64,000 bases of DNA from an uncultured Clostridia bacterium (GCA_944362965.1 CALVTR010000005.1:3700-67699), one strand, 5' to 3'; shown: positions 50,383 through 60,828, counted from the first letter of the stretch. Notes: generated by a model from the sequence alone, not told the origin. Program-made: numbers and translations.

Positions 50383-51612
50383 ATGAAGAAAAAAGAGTAT
50401 TTAGAAAAGATTGAAAACTTGATTATAAATAGAATCAAATATCATGCTCCAAATCTATCTAGTGATAATATAGACTACGAGCTTTTGGATGCCATTGGTA
50501 TAGACACAACGTTGCCTGTCTTTTTATACAAAAAACCACTTGATAGATTATTTTATCAAGCCTTTTTGAATGTAAAGAAAAGCGTTGATTTTAACCTAAT
50601 TTTAACATCACAGCCTAGTTTAAAAGAGGACAAAATAAAGTTATTAAAAAATACCCATATTATTTTAGAAAATGAGCTAGGCTCAAATCTTGCAAACACC
50701 CTTGAAGCACTTAATATAAACTATTTATCTCATAGTGATTTTGCAAACAATCTAGAAGGCGAGTATCTTGCATTTAATGGAAAGAAAATTGAATTTGATT
50801 TTATTCCATTTTATTACACCAAAAAACTTATGGAAGATGGGGTTATATTTCAAGCGACCAACTTTCTATTAAATGGAAAGAATTATATTTTAAATTTCAC
50901 AAACACAAGAAATGAAACAAAAAAAGTAACTTTTGAAATCAATGTGCCACTTCCTAGAGGCTATTATTTCTTTAAAAAAGGCACAGATTTTATAGAAATT
51001 GAAAATCTAACAAACAGACAAAAGGCATATTTTAACTATCATTTTAAAAATATTTCTTTTAATTTTTCAAATATGAGTGGAATAGCAAGTTGCACCTTTG
51101 CTTGCATCCATGTGACAGGAGAAGTGACGCTTTTGCCGAGACAAACTAGGAAGTGTTATTTTAATTATGGAGACAACAAATATTGCCTATATTCACCAAC
51201 AGATATGCAAAATTTCTTCGATATTTCACAGCAAAAAATCAATCAAATTTTTGATGTTAAAGTCAGCACTCACGACAAGCAATTTGACCAAGCTTTTAAC
51301 TTCTCTTTGCCTTATAAAATATGGGAAATGTGGCAAAAAAATGGTGTTGACGAAAAAAGCGAAAACCAGTGGTTAAAAATGAAAAATCAAATCATAAAAA
51401 ATTGCAAAAAAGGGCTTCAAATAAATGAAGATTTTAAGGGGCTTAAAGAAGTCAAAATATATAGGAATTTAGCGTGGAAGAGAGTTTTTATTGTCCACAA
51501 TAATGCACGCTATATGTTCGCCGATAAAGTCAAATATTTTAACTTCACTTTGCTTACAAATGAAATTTTTAATAAAAATAATGAAATTTACTTGTCTTTT
51601 GCCGATTCATAG
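50383..51612 (+). CDS. Hypothetical protein with remote GH94/NdvB-like segment
   Basis: Long ORF; VKVSTHDKQFDQAFNFSLPYK resembles the GH94 linker (VxTPDxxxDxxxNxWLxYQ). Confidence 0.55.
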   Translation: MKKKEYLEKIENLIINRIKYHAPNLSSDNIDYELLDAIGIDTTLPVFLYKKPLDRLFYQAFLNVKKSVDFNLILTSQPSLKEDKIKLLKNTHIILENELGSNLANTLEALNINYLSHSDFANNLEGEYLAFNGKKIEFDFIPFYYTKKLMEDGVIFQATNFLLNGKNYILNFTNTRNETKKVTFEINVPLPRGYYFFKKGTDFIEIENLTNRQKAYFNYHFKNISFNFSNMSGIASCTFACIHVTGEVTLLPRQTRKCYFNYGDNKYCLYSPTDMQNFFDISQQKINQIFDVKVSTHDKQFDQAFNFSLPYKIWEMWQKNGVDEKSENQWLKMKNQIIKNCKKGLQINEDFKGLKEVKIYRNLAWKRVFIVHNNARYMFADKVKYFNFTLLTNEIFNKNNEIYLSFADS

Positions 51613-51629
51613 TGTAAAATAGCCTTGTC

Positions 51630-52910
51630 ATGGAAAACGCTAGAATACCACTTGCTGAAAAAATGCGTCCTAAATCATTTGAGGACTTTGTAGGGCAAGA
51701 ACACATAGTTGACAAGAATAGTTTACTCTATAGGGCTATCAAATATGGAACACTTGGTAGTTGCATATTTTATGGACCACCAGGAACTGGTAAGACCACA
51801 CTTGCAAATATCATAGCCAACACTCTTAAGGCAAACTATGTTAAAATTAACGCGGTAACTAACGGTGTCAGTGATGCTAAAGCCATAATTGAAAGGGCAA
51901 GGCAAGACAAAGCCATGTTTGGCACTGACACTTTTCTAATCTTAGATGAGTGTCACAGGTGGAATAAAGCACAGTCAGATTGCGTGCTTGAAGCGATTGA
52001 AGATGGTTCTATCTTTTTTATTGGCACAACAACAGAGAACCCTTATACTTCAATGACAAGAGCCATTGTGTCGAGATGTAGGGTATTTGAATTTAAACCA
52101 ATCACATCAAAAGACATCAAAAAGGCACTAAAAAGGGCACTTGTTGACAGCGAAAATGGACTTGGCAATTTGCCTGTTGAGTGCGATGAAGACGCTCTTG
52201 ACTATTTTGCCTATGCATGTGGCGGCGACTTGCGTTCAGCTTTGAATGCACTAGAGCTTGCCGTTATGACTTCGCCGATAGCAAAAGATAAAAAAATACA
52301 TATTGACAGGCTTACAGCTGAGCAATCCATTGATAAAAAAGTTTTGTCTATGGACGAAAATATGTATTATGATTTTCTGTCAGCATTCTGCAAAAGCCTA
52401 CGTGGATGCGACGTGGAAGCCGCGCTTTACTATTCACAGCGACTTATAAAGGCAGGTTGTGACCCAATGATTATTGCAAGGCGTCTTGTTGCTCATGCAA
52501 GTGAAGATGTGGGTATGGCTGACTCAAATGCACTACTTTTAGCCACAAGTGCCATGTATGCGGTGGAGAAAATGGGGCAGCCTGAAGGACTTATTCCGCT
52601 CACTCATGCAATAATCTATGTTTGCGAAGCAGAAAAGTCAAACTCCGTTGTCGTGGCACTTCATAAAGCGGAAGATGATGCGGTCAACTTTACTGACAAT
52701 AAAGTGCCTAATCATTTAAAAAATCACCCGAGCACAAATAAAGATGGGCATGGAAGTTATAAGTATCCACATGACTATGGCGGATACGTCAAACAACAAT
52801 ATATGCCTGATTCACTAAAGAATAGGGTATATTACACACCAAGCAAAAATGGTCGTGAAAAAAATTTAATTAGAAAAAAAATTAGAACAGATATTCCTGA
52901 TGGGAAGTAA
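51630..52910 (+). CDS. rarA: Replication-associated recombination protein RarA/MgsA
   Basis: PLAEKMRP, GPPGTGKTT, DECHRWNKAQ, TTENP, ASEDVGMAD, YKYPHDY. Confidence 0.95.
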   Translation: MENARIPLAEKMRPKSFEDFVGQEHIVDKNSLLYRAIKYGTLGSCIFYGPPGTGKTTLANIIANTLKANYVKINAVTNGVSDAKAIIERARQDKAMFGTDTFLILDECHRWNKAQSDCVLEAIEDGSIFFIGTTTENPYTSMTRAIVSRCRVFEFKPITSKDIKKALKRALVDSENGLGNLPVECDEDALDYFAYACGGDLRSALNALELAVMTSPIAKDKKIHIDRLTAEQSIDKKVLSMDENMYYDFLSAFCKSLRGCDVEAALYYSQRLIKAGCDPMIIARRLVAHASEDVGMADSNALLLATSAMYAVEKMGQPEGLIPLTHAIIYVCEAEKSNSVVVALHKAEDDAVNFTDNKVPNHLKNHPSTNKDGHGSYKYPHDYGGYVKQQYMPDSLKNRVYYTPSKNGREKNLIRKKIRTDIPDGK

Positions 52911-52922
52911 TAGGAGAGTAAT

Positions 52923-53972
52923 ATGTTTGGTCATAGAAGTGATGGCAAAAAGGTTAAAGGGTTGAATATAATTGATAGAGCTGAACCTTTTTTCATGCCA
53001 CAAAGAATAGATGCAGTAAATTATACAACAGTAAAGGTGCCATGTGTAAAACTTGATGAGTTTATCGCACGTGAAAGACGTAACGGCACAAGCTATAACT
53101 ATATGCATATTGTTATTGCAACACTTGTCCGTGTGCTATACATAAGGAAAAAATTGAACAGTTTTATTATGCGTGGTTCAATTTATCAAAGAAACTACAT
53201 AAGCATTTCAATGGATATCAAGAAAAAACTTGATGACGACGGAGAAAGCGTTACCTTAAAAATGAAGTTCACAGGGCGTGAAAGCATCCAAGAAGTCAAA
53301 GAAATCGTTGATAAGGAGATTGCTGATAATACTCAAACCGATACTGTTCATAAAACCACGAAAACTATTGGAAAATTCACATGGCTTCCTGACTTCATAT
53401 TTAGATGGTTTATAGCACTATTTAGATGGCTTGACAAACACGGAATGCTTACAAAAAAGCTTATTGATGCAAGTCCATTCCATACAAGTTGTTTTTTAAC
53501 CAACTTGAAATCAATAAAACTTGGTCATATCTATCACCATCTTTACAATTTTGGAACAACAACTATGTTTGTTTCAATGGGTAAAGAGAGAATGGAGCCT
53601 TACATTGAAAACAACAAAGAGATAAAAGTTGGCAAGTTTATGAATCTTGGCATGAGTCTTGATGAACGTGTTGCAGATGGACTTTATATGGGCAAAAGTT
53701 TGAAACTTTGCAATGATATAATATCAAATCCTGACACTCTTTTAACAAGCATGCCAGACGATGGAACTATTCCGAAGAAACTTGTTAAAAAATCTAGGAA
53801 ACTAAAGAAAAAGGCAAAAAAGGCAGAAAAGAAATCTAAAAAGATTAAACCTTTGAAAAACAAGGAAAAACATGATGTTAGAATGCGTAAAATAAGGCTT
53901 AAAAAAGAAGCGGAAACTGAAGAAAATGTTGTAAACACCAATAGTCAAGATAGCAGTTCACAAAATATTTAA
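52923..53972 (+). CDS. Stand-alone 2-oxoacid dehydrogenase E2/CAT-like acyltransferase catalytic domain with Lys-rich tail
   Basis: LDERVADG (cf. DHRxxDG), SCFLTNLKSI, HHLYNFG; no lipoyl domain. Confidence 0.75.
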   Translation: MFGHRSDGKKVKGLNIIDRAEPFFMPQRIDAVNYTTVKVPCVKLDEFIARERRNGTSYNYMHIVIATLVRVLYIRKKLNSFIMRGSIYQRNYISISMDIKKKLDDDGESVTLKMKFTGRESIQEVKEIVDKEIADNTQTDTVHKTTKTIGKFTWLPDFIFRWFIALFRWLDKHGMLTKKLIDASPFHTSCFLTNLKSIKLGHIYHHLYNFGTTTMFVSMGKERMEPYIENNKEIKVGKFMNLGMSLDERVADGLYMGKSLKLCNDIISNPDTLLTSMPDDGTIPKKLVKKSRKLKKKAKKAEKKSKKIKPLKNKEKHDVRMRKIRLKKEAETEENVVNTNSQDSSSQNI

Positions 53973-54024
53973 AATATTTGCATATATTGCGAGAATATGT
54001 TAAAATTAACTATAGGAGAATATT

Positions 54025-54339
54025 ATGAAATCTGTAGTTTACTTTATTTTAGCGGTCTTGACGATTGTCTATATAGGATTTTTGTGCTATGTCAATATTG
54101 CAGAGCCTGCTGGCGCTGTTATTGAATACATATCAGTCTATGGTGGACTTTTGATAGCTCTACTTTATGCAGGTATAAATTTCTTTGGAAACCCTTTAAA
54201 AATAGTATTTTTCGTGCTTCTAATTCTTGCTGTTGTAGTGCTTATTTTGACTATTGCTATTCCAGATGTGTTTAGAAACTTATTTGGTGTAGTGGTAGAA
54301 AACGACCCAGTAGAAGCATTTAAAATATTTAAAGTTTAA
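54025..54339 (+). CDS. Small 3-TM hypothetical membrane protein
   Basis: Hydrophobic ORF with SD AGGAG directly upstream of polA. Confidence 0.7.
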   Translation: MKSVVYFILAVLTIVYIGFLCYVNIAEPAGAVIEYISVYGGLLIALLYAGINFFGNPLKIVFFVLLILAVVVLILTIAIPDVFRNLFGVVVENDPVEAFKIFKV

Positions 54340-54348
54340 AGGATAAAT

Positions 54349-56844
54349 ATGGAAAAATTATTGATTGTTGATGGAAATAGCATAGCAAATAGAGCATTTT
54401 ATGCTCTACCTTTTTTATCTAACAGAAAAGGTCAGCCATCAGGTGCGGTTTTTGGGTTTGCAAACATTCTGATTAAGGTTATTCATGAAGAAAATCCTAC
54501 ACATATTGCAATAGCCTTTGACCATGCAAGAGAAACCTTTAGAAATCAAATTTATTCAGAATATAAAATGCAAAGAAAGGCAACACCTGAAGAGCTTCTG
54601 TCTCAATTTCCACTTATAAAAGAAATGCTGAATGCTATGGAAATAAAAATTGTGGAAATTCCGGGCATTGAAGCTGACGATATCATAGGCACTATTGCAA
54701 AGAATAACGACTGCAAAAAATTTATTCTTTCAGGAGACCGTGACCTATTGCAACTTATTGATGATAACACTGTTGTATGGCTTACGAAAAAAGGTGTAAG
54801 CGAAGTTGAAAAGGTTGACAGAGAAAGGTTAAAAGAGCTTTATAATATCACGCCAAGCCAGGTTATAGAGCTTAAGGCTTTGATGGGTGATGCTTCTGAT
54901 AATATTCCGGGTGTCAAGGGCGTGGGAGAGAAAACCGCTCATTCTTTAATTGACGAATATGGCACTCTTGATAATGTTTATGCCAATATTGACAATATCA
55001 AAGGTAAATTAAAAGACAAACTTGCGTTAGACAAAAAGATGGCTTATATTTCAAAAGACCTTGCAACAATAAGAACAAATTGTGAATTTGATTTTAAGCT
55101 TGATGATTGCAAGTTAAAACTTCCTTTTTCTTATTCGGTTTATAAATTCTTTAAAAAGATGGATTTTCAGTCTCTTGCAAATAACGAAACACTATTTAAT
55201 GAAGTTGTGGCTGAGAAGGTGGAAGTCAAAAAGGCTCAAAGGCATGTTTTTAATAGTGAAACAATAGAAGAATTGTCTAATTTCAAAGAAAACTACTTTT
55301 GTTATGACCTTCAAAAAATGGAGTTTTTGATTGGTGGAAAAATATACTATCTTGAAAAGAATATAAGCATGTTTGACTCCATAGGTTTTGATGACATTTC
55401 AAACAAAATAAAAACCATCTTGGAAGATGACAACATACTTAAGATAACATATTCTGCAAAAGCTGATATGCATCATTTAGAAGGTTATAATATAAAACTA
55501 AACAACTATTTTGATTTATCTGTTGCAGAATATATTATAAACGCAGGAATAAAATCAAGCGGAGAAATCGCTCTTGAAAATTATTACAATAGCTATTTAG
55601 ACTTGAAGGAGCAGCTGACAAAGCAAAAACTTGATTTTATATACAATGAAATAGAAAAACCTTTGATTGAAATACTTTACAGTATGGAACAAGACGGCTT
55701 TAGAATAAACGAAACAAGGCTTGAAGAGCTTGATAAAGAGTTTAGTGAAAAGCTTGCCGAGCTTACAAAAAATATCTACCAAGAAGCAGGGGAAGAATTT
55801 AATATAAAATCACCAAGACAGGTGGCGTATATTCTTTTTGAAAAGCTTGGAATAAAGGCTTATAACAATAAACGAAACTCAACAAAGGCAATCGTGCTTG
55901 ATGAACTTAGGTATATACCTCTTGTCAACGATATATTGACGTATAGAAAGTATGCTAAAATTAAAAACACCTACATTGACGTTTATAAAAAGCTTATAAA
56001 AGAGCATGGTGACGTTATCCACACAACCTTTAATCAAACTTTAACAAGCACAGGAAGGCTGTCTAGCAGCGAACCTAACTTGCAAAACATTCCAACAAGA
56101 GATGACTATGGCAAAAATTTAAGAAAGATTTTTGTTTCTAAATTTGAAAATGGAAAGATAATCTCTGCCGACTATAATCAGATAGAACTTAGACTTCTTG
56201 CTGATATGTCTGGCGAAGAAGATTTGATTGAGTCATACAAAAACGGTAAGGACATACACACCTTAACGGCTTCACAGATATTTAGAGTGCCAACGCTTTA
56301 TGTAACGCCAGAGCAAAGACGAGAAGCTAAAGCGGTCAATTTTGGCATTATCTATGGGATAAGTGATTATGGTCTTTCACAAAATATAAAATCTTCGGTT
56401 GAAAGAGCAAAGAATTATATCAAATCTTATTTTAAAAGATATCCAAATGTTAAAAAGTTTATGGATAACAATGTTGCTTATGCAAAAGAGCATGGATACG
56501 CAATCACTAAATTTGGACGAATTAGAAAAATTCCAGAGCTTAAATCTTCAAAATACCATACAAGAGCCTTTGGCGAGCGAGTTGCAATGAATATGCCACT
56601 TCAAGGCACGGCATCAGATATTATTAAGCTTGCTATGATAAAGGTTTATAATAGAATGAAAAACGAAAACTTAAAAAGTCAACTTATCTTGCAAATTCAT
56701 GACGAGCTTATTGTGGACACATATCCTGGCGAAGAAGAAAAAATCGAGAAAATACTTAAAACTGAAATGGAAGATGTTGTTAAACTTAAAGTTCCGCTTG
56801 TGGTGTCGATGGGAATTGGTGACAGCTTATATGATTGCAAATAA
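54349..56844 (+). CDS. polA: DNA polymerase I
   Basis: 5'-3' exonuclease (EADD, GDRD, GDASDNIPGV); TGRLSS, ADYNQIELR, KAVNFGIIYG, QIHDE. Confidence 0.98.
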   Translation: MEKLLIVDGNSIANRAFYALPFLSNRKGQPSGAVFGFANILIKVIHEENPTHIAIAFDHARETFRNQIYSEYKMQRKATPEELLSQFPLIKEMLNAMEIKIVEIPGIEADDIIGTIAKNNDCKKFILSGDRDLLQLIDDNTVVWLTKKGVSEVEKVDRERLKELYNITPSQVIELKALMGDASDNIPGVKGVGEKTAHSLIDEYGTLDNVYANIDNIKGKLKDKLALDKKMAYISKDLATIRTNCEFDFKLDDCKLKLPFSYSVYKFFKKMDFQSLANNETLFNEVVAEKVEVKKAQRHVFNSETIEELSNFKENYFCYDLQKMEFLIGGKIYYLEKNISMFDSIGFDDISNKIKTILEDDNILKITYSAKADMHHLEGYNIKLNNYFDLSVAEYIINAGIKSSGEIALENYYNSYLDLKEQLTKQKLDFIYNEIEKPLIEILYSMEQDGFRINETRLEELDKEFSEKLAELTKNIYQEAGEEFNIKSPRQVAYILFEKLGIKAYNNKRNSTKAIVLDELRYIPLVNDILTYRKYAKIKNTYIDVYKKLIKEHGDVIHTTFNQTLTSTGRLSSSEPNLQNIPTRDDYGKNLRKIFVSKFENGKIISADYNQIELRLLADMSGEEDLIESYKNGKDIHTLTASQIFRVPTLYVTPEQRREAKAVNFGIIYGISDYGLSQNIKSSVERAKNYIKSYFKRYPNVKKFMDNNVAYAKEHGYAITKFGRIRKIPELKSSKYHTRAFGERVAMNMPLQGTASDIIKLAMIKVYNRMKNENLKSQLILQIHDELIVDTYPGEEEKIEKILKTEMEDVVKLKVPLVVSMGIGDSLYDCK

Positions 56845-56857
56845 ATTGGAGATACAA

Positions 56858-57523
56858 ATGAAAACAAAACTTATCATATTTGACTTTGATGGAACGCTAA
56901 GCAAACCGAGCAAACTTCCTAACAGTTGGGCAAGAGTATGGAACAAAATAGGAAGAGAAAAAGACGACGAAATCCTATATGAAAAATATAGCAGGGGAGA
57001 GCTAGATTACAACGAGTGGGCAAAAGAAGTAATTAAAGTCTATCAAGATGCAGGTGTAAACCGAGCACTTTTAAAAGAAATATCAAAAGACACATTGCTT
57101 CTAGATAACGCAAAGGATGTGCTAAAATATCTTTATGAAAATGATATAAAAACAATAATCTTATCTGGTGGAATTAAAAATATCATTGATGAAGTTTTAG
57201 GGGATTGTAAAAATTATATCTATAAAGTAGAGGCACAAGAGCTTTTATTTGACGAAAATGGCAAACTTGAAGGCATAACTATACTTGACCATCATATTGA
57301 AGATAAAAGCCAATTTGTTTCGATAATGATGAAAAATCTAAAACTAAGCCCTGACGAAGTGCTATTCTTCGGAAACGGAAAGAATGACGAAGATGTATAT
57401 AAAACTGGTGTTAAAACAATATGCATAAATCCAGATGATGCACACTACAATAATAAACTATATTGGAGTGAGACAATAAAGCGGACGAATGATTTGAAAT
57501 CAATTTTGACCTTTGTAAAATAA
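56858..57523 (+). CDS. HAD-superfamily phosphatase (SerB/IB-like)
   Basis: FDFDGTL, LSGG, K, GNGKND; SD GGAG before ATG 56858. Confidence 0.85.
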   Translation: MKTKLIIFDFDGTLSKPSKLPNSWARVWNKIGREKDDEILYEKYSRGELDYNEWAKEVIKVYQDAGVNRALLKEISKDTLLLDNAKDVLKYLYENDIKTIILSGGIKNIIDEVLGDCKNYIYKVEAQELLFDENGKLEGITILDHHIEDKSQFVSIMMKNLKLSPDEVLFFGNGKNDEDVYKTGVKTICINPDDAHYNNKLYWSETIKRTNDLKSILTFVK

Positions 57524-57596
57524 TTACAAAAGAGAGAAAAACTTGTTTAATTTGTTTGACTAAATTTACTTAAAAGGGTATACTCATTATGGAGAT

Positions 57597-58025
57597 GTGA
57601 TGCAAAAGCATAGAAAAATGGGAGTAGATTATGGAGATAAACGTATAGGCATTGCTTTAAGTGACCTTTTATGTATCATCTCTAGCCCTTATGAAGTCTA
57701 TCAAAATCGTGGCGAAGAAGACGCACTAAAGCATCTTGACAAAATTATCAAAGATAACGATGTTGACGAAGTTGCTTTTGGTCTGCCACTAAATATGGAC
57801 GGCACTGAAGGTGATAGGGCAAAACTGCATAGAGCTTTTGGTGAAAAGCTTGCGGACTACTCTGGTGTTAAAGTTCATTTTATAGATGAGCGCTTAACCT
57901 CGGCTGAAGCGGAAGATATCTTGATATCAAGCGGTGTCCGAAGGGAAAAGCGAAAGGAACTCATCGATAAAATAGCTGCACAACTAATTTTGCAGACATT
58001 CATAGAAAATTTAAAAGGGGATTAA
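57597..58025 (+). CDS. ruvX: YqgF/RuvX family nuclease
   Basis: GVDYGDKRIGIALSD, GLPLNMDG, DERLTS, DKIAA. Confidence 0.95.
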   Translation: MMQKHRKMGVDYGDKRIGIALSDLLCIISSPYEVYQNRGEEDALKHLDKIIKDNDVDEVAFGLPLNMDGTEGDRAKLHRAFGEKLADYSGVKVHFIDERLTSAEAEDILISSGVRREKRKELIDKIAAQLILQTFIENLKGD

Positions 58026-58027
58026 AT

Positions 58028-58489
58028 ATGGAAGAAAAGAAAACTGAAAACAAAGAGGAATTAAAACCTATTGATATTCTTGACGTGCTTCTTGACCAAG
58101 ACAATAGAGATCCTATTGTGCTTATGGACGAAAATGGCAGACAATTAACATTTGAACAAATTGCTGTTATTCCTTACGAAGTAAGAAAAGAAAAAAGATT
58201 ATATTGCGTTTTAAAACCAATGGATAAAATCGAAGGTATTGGCGATGACGAAGCTATCGTTTTCGTAGTTGACCAAGATAAAGACGGCAATTCAATCATC
58301 AAAGTTGAAGAAGATGAAGAAGTTGCTATCGCAGTATTTGATAAATACTATGACCTTCTTGAAGATGCTCAAAAAGAAGAAAAAGCTGAAAAAGCCGCTT
58401 CTAAGGCATCAGCAACAAAAGCACCTGCTAAGAAGAGCACATCATCTTCAGCTAAGGTTGCTGGAAAAACAAAAAAATCAACAAAATAA
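58028..58489 (+). CDS. DUF1292 family protein
   Basis: Acidic, IVLMDENG..FE...Y.VL pattern; canonical position after ruvX; Lys/Ala tail. Confidence 0.8.
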   Translation: MEEKKTENKEELKPIDILDVLLDQDNRDPIVLMDENGRQLTFEQIAVIPYEVRKEKRLYCVLKPMDKIEGIGDDEAIVFVVDQDKDGNSIIKVEEDEEVAIAVFDKYYDLLEDAQKEEKAEKAASKASATKAPAKKSTSSSAKVAGKTKKSTK

Positions 58490-58693
58490 TTAAGTAATTT
58501 GTGGTTTAAATTAAAAAACGATTATTCTAATGAAATATTTAGATAATCGTTTTTTGTGTTATATTAATTTAAAACATAGTTTTTTGCCTATAAAATTTTT
58601 GTATTATATTGTTTTTATTATGTATATTTTTAAATTATAAAGCCATAATTAAATTACAAGGTTGTATACCTTGATAACAGGGAGGTGAAAACT

Positions 58694-58825
58694 ATGTTTG
58701 GTAAAAATTCCAAAATGGGGAAAAGTGCCAAGGGCAAGATGTCAAAATCTGCAAAGAGTGTAGAGGCATCTAAAGAAGCTAAGGGTTGCGGTTCTAAATC
58801 TGGTTCAGCTAAGGACTGCAAATAG
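58694..58825 (+). CDS. Small basic Lys/Ser/Gly-rich 43-aa protein (not in ORF track)
   Basis: MFGKNSKMGKSAKGKMSKSAKSVEASKEAKGCGSKSGSAKDCK; SD GGGAGGTGA; own terminator. Confidence 0.8.
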   Translation: MFGKNSKMGKSAKGKMSKSAKSVEASKEAKGCGSKSGSAKDCK

Positions 58826-58837
58826 TTTTCAGCCAAG

Positions 58838-58867
58838 ATAAAAGAAGGTCAGCGGACCTTCTTTTAT
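58838..58867. terminator. Bidirectional terminator
   Basis: ATAAAAGAAGGTC-agcg-GACCTTCTTTTAT between convergent genes. Confidence 0.8.
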
Positions 58868-58882
58868 TTATGCTTATTAATC

Positions 58883-59641
58883 TTATAAGAACTGAGTTTC
58901 TGTAGCAAATAGCTCTCTGCTTAGTTTCTCAAATGATAGAACAATATTGCTATCTGAGATATTATCATAGATTATTATTTCGCAGCTACTTGTGCCATTA
59001 AAATATGAGTTACTTAAAATTGTTTGACTTGTAAGCGTATATGAACTCTCTCTTCCAGTTGAATCTGTTGTTGTTATTTGCAAACTAAATCTATATTGAT
59101 AACTAGAAATTGTTCCAGCTGAGCCAAGATATAAAACTGAAGTATGGTCAGATGTGTATGTGTTTTCTGTTGTAATGGTTTGGCTTGCAAGGGTGGTATA
59201 GACATCACTTCCGCTAGCAGTCCTTGAGTAACTTAAAGAAAAGTTTATGCTTGTCACGTCATCAGCTGGGTCAAAAGTAATTGTGTTAAGAGCGGTATAC
59301 ATCATAGAGCTAGGATTTGTTTCAGCAAATAATGCAGTGTATCTTCCGGCAGTGTCACTATTGTAGGTAAGGACAAGTGTTGAGTCTGTGCCTACAACGG
59401 TGTTATTATTTTTAATCCAGCAAACAAAAGGATTGGTCTGAGCATTGTTTTCTTTAGCAGTAAGCGTCATTGTTGTGCCTTCAACCTGTGTTGTGTCGCT
59501 TAAAGTGCCAAGAACTGAGCCAAGCACGCTATCACTTGGAGAAACGGTTATTGTGTAATAGGTTGTTGTGCCGCACGCAGAAAGAAGCAACAGCGGACAT
59601 AAACATAACGATATTAAAAACATTTTAATTGATTTTTTCAT
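58883..59641 (-). CDS. Thr/Ser-rich lipoprotein with InlB B-repeat-like domain
   Basis: Lipobox LSAC; YTITV.....G.V....GT..TLTA.....F..W pattern. Confidence 0.7.
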   Translation of the reverse strand: MKKSIKMFLISLCLCPLLLLSACGTTTYYTITVSPSDSVLGSVLGTLSDTTQVEGTTMTLTAKENNAQTNPFVCWIKNNNTVVGTDSTLVLTYNSDTAGRYTALFAETNPSSMMYTALNTITFDPADDVTSINFSLSYSRTASGSDVYTTLASQTITTENTYTSDHTSVLYLGSAGTISSYQYRFSLQITTTDSTGRESSYTLTSQTILSNSYFNGTSSCEIIIYDNISDSNIVLSFEKLSRELFATETQFL

Positions 59642-59768
59642 ATTGATATCCTTTATATATTAGTATTATCAATATTTTTCGTTTATTTGTCAAATTATTT
59701 GATTTAATTTTTAAATTCTAAGTGTATTTTTTAAAGCCTTGCATAAAATACTATAGCAAGGAGCAAAT

Positions 59769-60548
59769 ATGTGGGAAATATCACTTAATATTAAATCTGA
59801 AAATACTATAGTTGCAAATGTTTTATATAAATCACTATTAAATTCATTGCAGGAAATGGGTGGAATTATAACCATTGATGAAGATAAAAACTATATATCT
59901 ATTCTTGTTGGCGTCAATGAAAAATATAAAGACAAGGCAAAACTGATTATAACTTCTTGTATAATAGAGCTTGTTTGCACCAATTTTAAAATGGCTTTTT
60001 TAGATAATTTTTTAGTTTTTCCAAGAAAAGATAAGATAGGTATGCTTGCCTTTAAAAAAGCTCTTTTGAATTTTGATAAAGAAACCGATAAGTATATAGT
60101 TAAAAAATATCTTGTTTTAGACCATGACTTATTTTTAGAATCCTTTTATTATTTTAAGTTAAAACCACTTCAAGAAAAATGGGCAGAGCTTGTCTCTCTA
60201 TCAAATGAAAATAGTGATTACCTTGTCTCTTCTGATAGTTTTATAGATTTACTGAAATTTTTAGTTGACAACCTGGACATATGTGAAGATGAAATAAGTG
60301 TTGTCAAAGAAGATGATGGCTATAAAATATTCACTTTAGAGAATGGTCAATATCAAAATAAGGTATTTAATGAAGAATCCATAGTATCTTCTGTTATAGA
60401 TCTGTCACCACAAAAAATAAATTTGTATTTTTCAGAGCCCAGCAGTGCAATCAATTTGCTTGAGCGAATATTTGAAGAGCGAATAACAATAAACAACATA
60501 AACACTAAAAATAACTACAACAATATAAGCACTATTTATAAGATTTAA
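59769..60548 (+). CDS. YtxC-like sporulation protein
   Basis: LESFYYFKL, FIDLLKFLVD, LSPQKI, IFEERI; directly upstream of thrS as in other Bacillota. Confidence 0.72.
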   Translation: MWEISLNIKSENTIVANVLYKSLLNSLQEMGGIITIDEDKNYISILVGVNEKYKDKAKLIITSCIIELVCTNFKMAFLDNFLVFPRKDKIGMLAFKKALLNFDKETDKYIVKKYLVLDHDLFLESFYYFKLKPLQEKWAELVSLSNENSDYLVSSDSFIDLLKFLVDNLDICEDEISVVKEDDGYKIFTLENGQYQNKVFNEESIVSSVIDLSPQKINLYFSEPSSAINLLERIFEERITINNINTKNNYNNISTIYKI

Positions 60549-60603
60549 AAAAATATTAAAAAAATTAGTTGACAATCAAAAATTTTAGTGTTAAAATGCT
60601 GTT

Positions 60604-60797
60604 AGATGCTTGGAGTAGCAGACAAGTAGACGCATTTGATGCTTGCAGAGAGAGATTGGTTGGTGAAAAATCTTGGCTAGAATGATGATTGAAACCACTG
60701 CTATGGTGATAAGTTTTAATTAAGTGGCACTTTTGCAATTAAGGTGGAACCGCGGTTTTGTTTAAATCGTCCTTAAATCATTTTAAGGGCGTTTTTT
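60604..60797 (+). promoter_or_regulatory. T-box riboswitch (Thr)
   Basis: Promoter TTGACA 60569/TAAAAT 60592; AGAGA and GGTG boxes; specifier ACC 60694-60696; T-box AAGGTGGAACCGCG 60741-60754; terminator CGTCCTTAAA...TTTAAGGGCG-T6. Confidence 0.93.
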
Positions 60798-60828
60798 ATT
60801 TGAAAAAACGCCAAAAAGGAGATAAAAA

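Noticed and set aside
58654-58836. 60-aa minus-strand ORF in the track
   Set aside because: Antisense to the 43-aa plus-strand ORF, which has a near-perfect SD; no SD of its own.
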